Assembly (NCBI RefSeq): GCF_003790525.1 | Contig: NZ_CP033635.1 | Reading direction: 5' to 3' (one strand) | DNA length: 64,000 nt | Source: Escherichia coli | Lineage (GTDB): Bacteria; Pseudomonadota; Gammaproteobacteria; Enterobacterales; Enterobacteriaceae | In this document: positions 10,811 to 19,516 of the stretch, piece by piece | How the letters are laid out: every line of letters begins with the position of its first letter | How positions within the stretch are numbered: the first letter of the stretch is position 1 | Translations under genes and position numbers: made by a program | The notes under the pieces: generated by a model | What the model was told of the DNA's origin: nothing | What the model saw: only the letters and a program-made list of their open reading frames with translations | Database searches by the model: none

Positions 10811-10868
10811 CTTTTTTTGCCGCAGGCGCTGGTTCGCAGACTACTAAAATAATACGCGGTTTTTCATT

Positions 10869-12101
10869 TTACGGACGGGCAGCCAGAAGACACAGTTGAA
10901 ATGCCACATTATACGATTCCTCAAAGGATTTTAGAGGTAGAAACTCAAATATGGAGTGAAAATTATGTGCGCCAGTAAAAAAATTAGGCGTCAAAATTCC
11001 TCTGGCTGACAGAACTGCACCATCAGTTCCACCACGCATTGGTATCGGTTTTGGTGTAATTCCCAGCATATTCATGGACTCAAAGAGTAGATCTACAGCA
11101 CGTCTGTCTTTGTTTAAAGCATTACTAATATTGCTGTAGATATCAGTGATCGTGAACTCAACCCTGGCTGTCGGATATCGGGAAGATATTTTATGTGCAA
11201 CAGCAGCAATCTGTTGTTTTCTGCGAGTAAAACTGGATTGATCAAAATCACGTATACTTGCCTGTAACACAGCATTACTTTGTCCGGCATTCATACCATT
11301 GAACCAGATATAACCTTCACGACCAGCGGTATTCTCCGGTGTTTCAAGGCGATCAAATTCATTTATGTAATCACAGGCCATCAGTAATGGATTAACTAAT
11401 ACATTTTTTGCAGACATCGGATGTGCCGTTACACCAGTAAAACGGATCTCTGCAGATGCAGCGTTAAAGTTTTCATAAACAATCTCTCCTGACTCGCAAC
11501 AGTCAATTGTCCAGGCAAAGTCAACAGAAAAACGTTGTAAATCAAGAGACTTAGCTCCACGCAAGCCTGTTTCCTCATCAGGGACAAATGCAACCACAAT
11601 ATCACCATGCTGATGTTCTGAGGTCAGATTCTCCAGCATAGTCATCACTACCGAAACAGCGGCTTTATTATCAGCCCCTAGTACACTTGTTCCGTCGCTG
11701 AAAATAATGTCTTCCCCCCGATATTTCAGAATTTCGGGATGCTCTTTGACCCGCAGCCAGATATCTTTTTCTGCATTGAGACACAAATCTTCACCTGTAA
11801 ATTTCAAAATTTGTGGATGAATATCCGGAGATAAACCAACATCTACTGTATCAATATGAGTAATGAAACCAATTCGAGGCGCACCCGGAATATTACCTTT
11901 TTTCACCGCGGTGACCGTTGCATGCTCATCAACAATAATATCGTCCATATCCAGCAACGCCAGTTCATCTGCAAGTGTCCGGGCCATCTCATACTGTCCT
12001 TGTGTGGACGGAAGGGATGCTGAATTTGGGTCACTCTGGCTACTGATTGAAAGGTAGCGAAAGAAACGTTGGATTAATTGACTGCTTAATGGGGAGTACA
12101 T
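10869..12101 (-). CDS. peptidase T-like tripeptidase (M20B family)
   Basis: PepT-like motifs (LGADNKAAV, DEETGLRGAK, NFNAASAEI, RGGTDGA); start taken at MYSPLSS with AAGGAA SD. Confidence 0.75.
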   Translation of the reverse strand: MYSPLSSQLIQRFFRYLSISSQSDPNSASLPSTQGQYEMARTLADELALLDMDDIIVDEHATVTAVKKGNIPGAPRIGFITHIDTVDVGLSPDIHPQILKFTGEDLCLNAEKDIWLRVKEHPEILKYRGEDIIFSDGTSVLGADNKAAVSVVMTMLENLTSEHQHGDIVVAFVPDEETGLRGAKSLDLQRFSVDFAWTIDCCESGEIVYENFNAASAEIRFTGVTAHPMSAKNVLVNPLLMACDYINEFDRLETPENTAGREGYIWFNGMNAGQSNAVLQASIRDFDQSSFTRRKQQIAAVAHKISSRYPTARVEFTITDIYSNISNALNKDRRAVDLLFESMNMLGITPKPIPMRGGTDGAVLSARGILTPNFFTGAHNFHSIFEFLPLKSFEESYNVAFQLCLLAARP

Positions 12102-12219
12102 AACTTTTCCTTCTTTTTTTGTGTTATGAGGTGAATGCAATACGCATTTAATGTTATTTATTAATCTGTAAACGATGCGGATTCATCACTCCATATTGTC
12201 AAAGAAAACAGGAAAAGTC

Positions 12220-13812
12220 ATGGTAAGAAGATTAGCGACTATTGCACCGTTACTGGTTGCGTTGGGTGTAAGCTCAACTGTTTATGCAAAGACACTGGTT
12301 TACTGCTCTGAAGGCTCACCTGAGAGTTTTAATCCTCAGCTTTATACTTCGGGGACCAGTGTTGATGCAAGTGCTGTTCCGGTGTATAACCGACTGGTTG
12401 ATTTTAAGGTGGGCACTACTGTGCTGGTTCCCAGCCTGGCTGAACGATGGGAAATCAGTGGTGACGGGAAAGCATATACTTTTTATCTGCGTAAAGGCGT
12501 TAAATTTCACAGTAATAAATACTTTACTCCAACGCGAGAGTTTAATGCTGATGATGTTATTTTTTCATTTATGCGCCAGAAGGATCCTGGTCATCCATAT
12601 CACCAAGTTTCTGGTGGGACGTATTCTAATTTTGAAAGTCTGGAATTCAGTTCACTCATAACCAGTATCGACAGAGTTGATGATCATACAGTTCGCTTTA
12701 ATCTTTCACATCCGGAGGCTCCCTTTATTGCTGATTTAGCCTGGTATTTTGCTTCTGTTTTATCCGCTGAATATGCTGATGCTATGCTTAAAGCCGGAAC
12801 ACCTGAACGGGTTGATATGAATCCAATTGGGACAGGGCCATATCAACTCAAACAATATCAGAAAGATTCGCGTATTTTATTTACGGCTTTTGATGATTAC
12901 TGGGAGGGGAAAGCAAAACTGGAACGCATTGTTTTCAGTATCACACCAGATTCCTCAGTGCGTCTGGCTAAACTGGAGAAAAATGAGTGTCAGGTGATGC
13001 CGTTTCCTAATCCATCAGATCTTTCCAGAATCAAAAAAAATCCGGCTCTTAAATTGATGAGTAAAGCCGGACTTAATACAGGTTTTCTTGCTTTCAATAC
13101 GCAAAAAGCTCCTCTGGATAATGTAAAAGTTCGTCAGGCACTGGCAACAGCAATTAATAAAAATGCCATTATAGATGCTGTATTTCAGGGGACTGGTAGT
13201 GCTGCTAAAAATCTGCTGCCACCAGGAGTATGGAGTGCAGACAGTGAATTGAAAGATTATGAATATGATCCAGAAAAAGCCAGATCATTGCTAAAAGAAG
13301 CTGGTTTTGATAATGGAATGACTATTGATCTTTGGGCGATGCCAGTTCAACGCCCTTATAACCCAAACGCTAAACGAATGGCCGAAATGATTCAGGCTGA
13401 CTGGGCAAAAGTGGGAGTAAAAACAAACATTATCACTTTTGAATGGGGGGAATATCTTAATCGTATAAAGAACGGAGAGCATCAGGCTGCGTTGATGGGA
13501 TGGACAACCGCAACAGGTGATCCTGATAATTTTTTTGGTCCACTCTTTACCTGCACTTCTGCTAACGGTGGTTCTAATTCCGCGAAGTGGTGCTACAAAC
13601 CTTTCGATGAAATTATTTCTCAGGCTAAAGTAATAACTGATCAGGAAAAACGAGCAGTGCTCTATAAAAAAGCACAACAGATGATGCATGAACAAATACC
13701 AGCGGTGATGATTGCACATTCCACCATTTTTGAACCAATACGCAATGAAGTCACAGGTTATGAAATAGATCCATTTGGTAAACATATTTTTTATCAGGTT
13801 GATATAAAATAA
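12220..13812 (+). CDS. DppA-like periplasmic dipeptide (and possibly heme)-binding ABC substrate-binding protein, orphan
   Basis: About 530 aa after signal peptide; long collinear similarity to E. coli DppA (KTLVYCSEGSPE.FNPQL..., WAMPVQRPYNPNA.RMAEMIQADWAKVGV); no permease or ATPase genes follow. Confidence 0.8.
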   Translation: MVRRLATIAPLLVALGVSSTVYAKTLVYCSEGSPESFNPQLYTSGTSVDASAVPVYNRLVDFKVGTTVLVPSLAERWEISGDGKAYTFYLRKGVKFHSNKYFTPTREFNADDVIFSFMRQKDPGHPYHQVSGGTYSNFESLEFSSLITSIDRVDDHTVRFNLSHPEAPFIADLAWYFASVLSAEYADAMLKAGTPERVDMNPIGTGPYQLKQYQKDSRILFTAFDDYWEGKAKLERIVFSITPDSSVRLAKLEKNECQVMPFPNPSDLSRIKKNPALKLMSKAGLNTGFLAFNTQKAPLDNVKVRQALATAINKNAIIDAVFQGTGSAAKNLLPPGVWSADSELKDYEYDPEKARSLLKEAGFDNGMTIDLWAMPVQRPYNPNAKRMAEMIQADWAKVGVKTNIITFEWGEYLNRIKNGEHQAALMGWTTATGDPDNFFGPLFTCTSANGGSNSAKWCYKPFDEIISQAKVITDQEKRAVLYKKAQQMMHEQIPAVMIAHSTIFEPIRNEVTGYEIDPFGKHIFYQVDIK

Positions 13813-14910
13813 CAGGTGTAAGCTCCGTCTGTGACGTCTGGTGATAGTTGTCCAGTCTGGTAACAATAGCGTCCATCTATACAGATGGACGCGAATGATG
13901 AATTTTCAGACAACAAGATATTGATGGTTTTCGTTTTTATCTGCCCGACGCATTACGTCTAATATTCGAAGAACAATTATCTGTCTAGTTAATCGCTCAT
14001 CAGTCAGGGCTAAGTCATTTCACCATCACGATTTTTTTAACTATTACCCGAATGAGCAAAGTGAGGATGATGCCATGACGCAGGTCAGAGCGACCAGCAC
14101 CGCGACAATTAATAAAACAGGAAGGCTGCGCGTTTCAGACAGTGATGTCAACATAAACTATCAGTAACGTTAACTGCATCAGAAGCACAAGTATGGATTT
14201 TACCATTGTGCAGAACGACTTGCCCATGGGAAATAATAAATTTAATAAAAAAAGAAAGATATGGTTGCAAATATTATAATATCCCGGGCAACGATCCTGA
14301 TTTTCTCAATACATGTTTTCCTCACGTATTTGTTCTTCAAAGAGCAATCAGCATCTGTTACTGAATGGTTGTTATGAGCATTAAAAGAATAACGGGAAGT
14401 CGGTGACGTGGGGATATGTCGCGTGTTGAATTATACAAAGGGCCGACATCTTCATGGTGTCGGCCAGTCATAAGTGCCAGATATTAACCGTCAGTTACAG
14501 GGGGTAACCGCAGGAAACAGGCTACGCTCCGGGTAACGGGTTATCAATAGTTATTTATTTACTTAAATTCAGTGATTTTGTTCTGTATCATTGCGCTTTC
14601 TTACTGGTATAAATAATGATCGATTGATTTTCGCATGAGCATCAGAATTTGTCGTAATTTGAGGTCCAGGTGCTGTACATACAGGAATATGGTTCTGTCA
14701 GCGGTAGATTGCCGTTGCTGAGCAGAATGTTCAGGCTGGATGGTGAGATTACAGCTGATATTGCTGTGCTGATGGCAGAATGGTAAACGTTAAGTGCGCG
14801 TTCCCGGCAATGAAGGCAAACACGTCATGACAGCAACGCAAAATAAACCAGGAACGCGCGGTATTTTTTATCCCGAATGAAAGCGATTGTCCATATCCGG
14901 TAATAAATAT

Positions 14911-15162
14911 TCAGCAGTATGTAAAGTGCGGTTTGCCCGGTTCTGGTGGAAGGGGCTCCAGATACACATCATCAACAAACACACACGGGAATTTATCCAC
15001 CGGGCAGCCTGCACGGTCAGCCATATCCTGCAGCGTCACACTGTGCTTCGCGACATCAATAAACACAACATCCGGTTCCATTTCATCGGGGATTCGGGTT
15101 GCGTGATGCATAATGCGATGGACTGAAGGGCAGTGACGGTAACCAAAAACACGTATACGCAT
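14911..15162 (-). CDS. small hypothetical protein (83 aa), possibly thioredoxin/glutaredoxin-fold
   Basis: Strong AGGAGG SD 7 nt upstream of ATG; fold assignment speculative (MRIRVFGYRHCP...). Confidence 0.4.
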   Translation of the reverse strand: MRIRVFGYRHCPSVHRIMHHATRIPDEMEPDVVFIDVAKHSVTLQDMADRAGCPVDKFPCVFVDDVYLEPLPPEPGKPHFTYC

Positions 15163-15485
15163 GATGTACCTCCTGGTTGCAGGGTGACTGTATCATCAGA
15201 CCTTATCATGCGTTTAAAAAATGTACTGTAACTCACATTTTTTGGTAAGACGGTGGCTATTACTGCAAATGATGATGGCTCAGTTTTTATTTTTTATTCA
15301 ATATTTTCATGTTGTTATTGTTATTTTGTTTGTTCATACCCTGTGTGGTTCCCCGTTCTTTACATTCAGGCACTTCCGTTTCCTTTAACGTTTTCGTTAC
15401 TCTCTGAAGCTTGTGGTATCTGTGATTACTGATGCCTGCCGTCATACTGCGAAATACCGGATATCAGACCGTGGAGGATTCTGCC

Positions 15486-16058
15486 ATGCAACGCTGGTTT
15501 CTGCCTTTTCTTGCGTCTCTGTTGCTGTTACAGGGTTGTGTTGCCGCTGCGCTGGTCGGTACGGCTGCTGTGGGTACTAAAGTGTCAGTGGATCCCCGAA
15601 GTGCGGGAACGCAGATTGATGATGAAATTCTGGAAGCAAGGGTCAGCCGTGCGCTGTCGAAGGACTCACAACTCAGGGGTGATGCGCGAATTATCGTCAC
15701 AGCATACCAGGGCACTGTACTGCTGACAGGGCAGGTACCAGACCGTAGTGCAGGTGAAAGAGCCCGTCAGATTGCAGATGGTGTTGAGGGGACTGTGCAG
15801 GTATGGAATGAAATAAGGACGGGAAAACCACTCCGTGCTGATAAAACAACCACTGATGCCTGGCTGACCACAAAAATCCGGGCACAGTTACTGAAGAGCA
15901 GCCGGGTGAAACTGTCAGATGTAAAGGTACTGACGGAGAATGGTGAAGTCTTTCTTATGGGGAGAGTTACAGAGAAGGAAGGACAGGCTGCTGCAGATAT
16001 CGCCAGTCGCGTGGCGGGGGTGAAACACGTCATCACCGCATTCAGTTATATACGATGA
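15486..16058 (+). CDS. BON-domain lipoprotein, paralogue of DolP (YraP)
   Basis: Lipobox LLLLQGC, two BON-like segments, strong resemblance to YraP (LQGCVAAA.VGTAAVGTK...DPRS.GTQ.DD); GGAGGA SD before the internal ATG at 15486. Confidence 0.75.
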   Translation: MQRWFLPFLASLLLLQGCVAAALVGTAAVGTKVSVDPRSAGTQIDDEILEARVSRALSKDSQLRGDARIIVTAYQGTVLLTGQVPDRSAGERARQIADGVEGTVQVWNEIRTGKPLRADKTTTDAWLTTKIRAQLLKSSRVKLSDVKVLTENGEVFLMGRVTEKEGQAAADIASRVAGVKHVITAFSYIR

Positions 16059-16105
16059 GTATGGAGAGCCCGTTCGTTCGGGCTCTGTATTTATCTTCCC
16101 CCCGT

Positions 16106-16459
16106 TCATCCCTGGCGTTGCCAGGTGGCACTTCCGTTCTTACAGTCAACGCGCACACGATACTGAATATCTGCTTTCTTTCCACGGGCAGTGAGATGCA
16201 CAGTGATGACATTATCACCTTTATTTACCGGCTCACGAAGATTCACCCAGACAACGGGACGCTGCTGACCGAGAATTTCCTGGTCATCTTTCCACTGAAA
16301 CACCTGTTTCTGGAGATAGTCCCGTTTGACGCTGGCTGCAACAGTCGATGCTTCCTGTCCTTCACATCGTGGAAAACTGACGGTTCTGTTTTTTTCAGCG
16401 GCCAGTGATGATGCACAGATACCGAAGATGAGCAGAATGGAAGAGAGTGCTTTGTTCAT
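16106..16459 (-). CDS. secreted hypothetical protein (117 aa, signal peptide)
   Basis: N-terminal signal peptide MNKALSSILLIFGICASSLAA; GGAGGA SD upstream. Confidence 0.45.
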   Translation of the reverse strand: MNKALSSILLIFGICASSLAAEKNRTVSFPRCEGQEASTVAASVKRDYLQKQVFQWKDDQEILGQQRPVVWVNLREPVNKGDNVITVHLTARGKKADIQYRVRVDCKNGSATWQRQG

Positions 16460-16773
16460 TTACAGGTCCTCCACAGGGGATAGTTTCATTGAGGAGTTAC
16501 ATCTTAACAACATAAAACAGCATTTCCTGTAACAATCCTCACATAACTTCTTATCCCGTCACTTCCCGTTTCACATGGGCAGCATAGCCTGTTTTTTAAC
16601 CCGTTTTTCAGTCATTTCCATAAACAAATCTTCGCTGACGATAAATCTTTTTTCTGTTTAACGATCGATTTTGTCGATCGATATGATATGTATAATTCAT
16701 TTTACCAATGAGAAATCCATCTTAAAATTGGACAAATTCATATGTCTGAAGGAAACATCAGGAGAGGTGGATT

Positions 16774-17523
16774 GTGAAAAAGTTACTGGCACTCACTGCG
16801 GTAGCTGCGCTTACCGGCACGTTTTCAACGCTGGCGCTGGCAGATGCGGATAAAACCGGGTTCTATATCACGGGTAAGGCTGGTGCATCTGTTATCACTC
16901 AGGATAATCAGCGTTTTAGTCAGGACTTTGGTGATGTTGTTTATAAGTATAAAGGCGGTGACAAGAGCGATACGGTTTTTGGCGCCGGCCTTGCGGTGGG
17001 ATATGACTTTTATCAGCACTACAATGTACCTGTTCGCACGGAAGTTGAATTCTATGGTCGCGGCTCTGCGAATTCCCGCTATACACTGGATACATGGGAG
17101 TCCCCGTCTGGAGATAATGGTTGGAAGGAAGACACACAAAACAGGCTCAGCGTGAATACCCTGATGGTGAGCACGTATTATGATTTCAGAAACAGCAGTG
17201 CTTTCACTCCGTGGGTATCAGCCGGACTGGGTTATGCGCGGGTACATCATAAGGCAACATACACCGATACCACCTGGCATAAATCAGGTGAAGTAAGTGA
17301 TGCTTCTTCATTACATTACTCGGGATATGATAACAATTTCGCATGGAGCCTTGGTGTTGGCGTGAAATATGATGTCACCCCGGATTTCAGTCTTGACCTT
17401 GCTTATCGCTATCTTGATGCAGGTGATTCAACCCTGACGTATAAAGACGGGCAGGATACATATAAATCCTCTGTTGATGTCAGAAGTAACGAATTTACGT
17501 TAGGCGCTACATACAGCTTCTGA
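16774..17523 (+). CDS. outer-membrane beta-barrel protein (249 aa)
   Basis: Signal peptide ending ALA-DA, alternating aromatic/hydrophilic strands, C-terminal ...TYSF; GTG start with GGAGAGG SD. Confidence 0.6.
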   Translation: MKKLLALTAVAALTGTFSTLALADADKTGFYITGKAGASVITQDNQRFSQDFGDVVYKYKGGDKSDTVFGAGLAVGYDFYQHYNVPVRTEVEFYGRGSANSRYTLDTWESPSGDNGWKEDTQNRLSVNTLMVSTYYDFRNSSAFTPWVSAGLGYARVHHKATYTDTTWHKSGEVSDASSLHYSGYDNNFAWSLGVGVKYDVTPDFSLDLAYRYLDAGDSTLTYKDGQDTYKSSVDVRSNEFTLGATYSF

Positions 17524-17534
17524 ATGTAATATCT

Positions 17535-17573
17535 GACTACACGTTGTTAAATTCAAAATCGCAGCGTGTAGTC
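17535..17573 (+). terminator. hairpin after the OMP gene (9-bp stem GACTACACG/CGTGTAGTC)
   Basis: Inverted repeat followed by a T-containing tract. Confidence 0.4.
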
Positions 17574-17735
17574 TGATTTGATAGTTTAATACAACAGACA
17601 CGTACCTTCATGGCACTTCCTTAGCCCCCGGTTACGTTCATTTGTACCAGATGTAAGTGGCGTAAAACCATTGTCCAAATAGTGGCTCTAAAAGATTAGA
17701 TACTCATTTAGATATTATATAGCATAAGGTGATAT

Positions 17736-18089
17736 ATGGGATTTTGGGATGCTATAATGGGATTCGGTAAGCTTGCTTCTAATGCTGCTGCTGAAACGAT
17801 GAAAAAAGTCAATTTCAATGTGTGGGATAAAATAAAATCATCTCCGGTAGAAAGAATTAACGATTTTTATAACCAAAATAATACATCTGAGTATAATCGG
17901 CCAGCATACAGAGGATTGGCTATTGCTGCTCTATGTTTTAGGGGGGATTGGAGCGGGGAGCGTTTATGGCGTGAAGATCAGGAGGCTGCTAATTGGTTAA
18001 AGAATTTTAGAATAAAAATTTCACTGGATACATGTGATTCTGCAGATGAACTACGTAAAATAATCGATCGTCTTACAGAACTGAATTGA
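17736..18089 (+). CDS. hypothetical protein A (117 aa, soluble, no recognised domain)
   Basis: ORF with AAGGTGA SD; AT-rich; first of three co-oriented genes. Confidence 0.5.
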   Translation: MGFWDAIMGFGKLASNAAAETMKKVNFNVWDKIKSSPVERINDFYNQNNTSEYNRPAYRGLAIAALCFRGDWSGERLWREDQEAANWLKNFRIKISLDTCDSADELRKIIDRLTELN

Positions 18090-18178
18090 TTACTGGAGGT
18101 GAAGTTATTTTTATAGGGATAAGTTGAAAATATTTATATGCCCTGTAAGTGTTATTTATATATCGAGAGCGTGAGCCA

Positions 18179-18379
18179 ATGGTCTTTCTTCGACCACCTA
18201 CTACATTTATCTGTATGAATTGTCAATGGAGTAAAACTATTATTCATGTGAACTGTACAACAGGATTTTATGAATGTCCTGTGTGTGGAGAGAAAGTTAT
18301 TTATAAACGTAAGGCTACGATTACAGAAAATCTGTTTTCCAGAGTAATGCAATTCTTTCTTAAAAATCATAATATTTGA
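18179..18379 (+). CDS. hypothetical small zinc-ribbon protein B (66 aa from internal ATG; ORF opens at 18149)
   Basis: C-x2-C ... C-x2-C arrangement (CMNC ... CPVC). Confidence 0.45.
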   Translation: MVFLRPPTTFICMNCQWSKTIIHVNCTTGFYECPVCGEKVIYKRKATITENLFSRVMQFFLKNHNI

Positions 18380-18460
18380 TTGATAATAATAATTGTGTCC
18401 CGATGTCTGGCGGAGATAGTTTTTGGAAAGTGATTGTGAAATTTTTAGGTTTTTTGTTGT

Positions 18461-19117
18461 ATGACTGATAATGAAAATATTCTCACACCATCAAAAATCA
18501 TAAAATTTCTGGATTACGCTTATGAAAAATCCATCGATGGTATTGGTATCCCGGGGATAGATACGGCACATAGTCTTGCGGAAAGTTATCTGAAAACGGG
18601 TAGTAGTTTAAAAGAACAGATAAATAGCCTTATTCGATGGCAGAATACCAAGTCTGCCACATCAGGTTTTCTTACTGGTCTTGGAGGAATTATTACATTA
18701 CCAGTAACTATACCGACCAATATTTCAAGTGTCCTTTTCATTCAGGTCAGGATGGTAGCATCTATTGCGATCATGTGTGGTCAGGATATTCGTGATGATA
18801 AAGTCAGAACTATTGTTTATACCTGTCTTGTAGGTAATGCTGCGAAAGATATTTTGAAGGAAGCAGGAATTCAGATAGGACAAAGGTTGACAACAAATGC
18901 AATTAGATGTATTAGCAAAGAAATTATTGTAAAGATAAATAAGGCTGTCGGTTTCAGACTGCTTACAAAAACAGGTGCTACTGGTGTTATTAATATGTCA
19001 AAGCTTGTTCCTGTTGTAGGAGGAATCGTTGGTGGTAGTTTTGATGCGATAACAACCAACATCGTTGGTAATTATGCCAGAGATACATTCCTGAGTTTGA
19101 TTGATAATGATTTATAA
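18461..19117 (+). CDS. hypothetical protein C (218 aa) with C-terminal glycine-zipper-like segment; possibly EcsC-family-like
   Basis: ORF; Gly-rich segment VVGGIVGGSFDAITTNIVGNYA; EcsC resemblance is from memory and unverified. Confidence 0.5.
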   Translation: MTDNENILTPSKIIKFLDYAYEKSIDGIGIPGIDTAHSLAESYLKTGSSLKEQINSLIRWQNTKSATSGFLTGLGGIITLPVTIPTNISSVLFIQVRMVASIAIMCGQDIRDDKVRTIVYTCLVGNAAKDILKEAGIQIGQRLTTNAIRCISKEIIVKINKAVGFRLLTKTGATGVINMSKLVPVVGGIVGGSFDAITTNIVGNYARDTFLSLIDNDL

Positions 19118-19459
19118 AATAAAAGTTTCATAAAAAATAGTATTTTAGGTGTGCTGACGATAGTGGATACTTTAGTATTATTGCTTCAAGTTGCATAATT
19201 TTTAACTAACATTAGGTATGAAATTATCCTGACTGGCGGGTAATACTGCCGCTCAATATGGCAAGGTTGTATTACACTGCAAGGAGAAATTCATCGCATA
19301 TCCTTACCCACAAATTTGGAGGCTATTTTATTTGCCAGTAATAATCATGTTAATCCTGAGAATATAGTTTGATATCATATGGTTAATCATTTATCTTGAT
19401 AGATATCTTCTGGTTTGTATAGGAATTAACTATTGAATATGTCGCCTGAAATCAGAAAT

Positions 19460-19513
19460 CAAAAAATACAAATGACAGTTAACTCCCCACCAACCACTGC
19501 GGTTGGTGGGGAG
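19460..19513 (-). terminator. rho-independent terminator of the integrase gene
   Basis: Perfect 13-bp stem CTCCCCACCAACC / GGTTGGTGGGGAG with 5-nt loop, followed on the minus strand by a T-rich tract. Confidence 0.65.
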
Positions 19514-19516
19514 GAC

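Noticed and set aside
13291-13866. 191-aa minus-strand ORF overlapping the 3' end of the dppA-like gene
   Set aside because: Antisense to a strongly supported gene, with low-complexity AT-rich translation and no SD.
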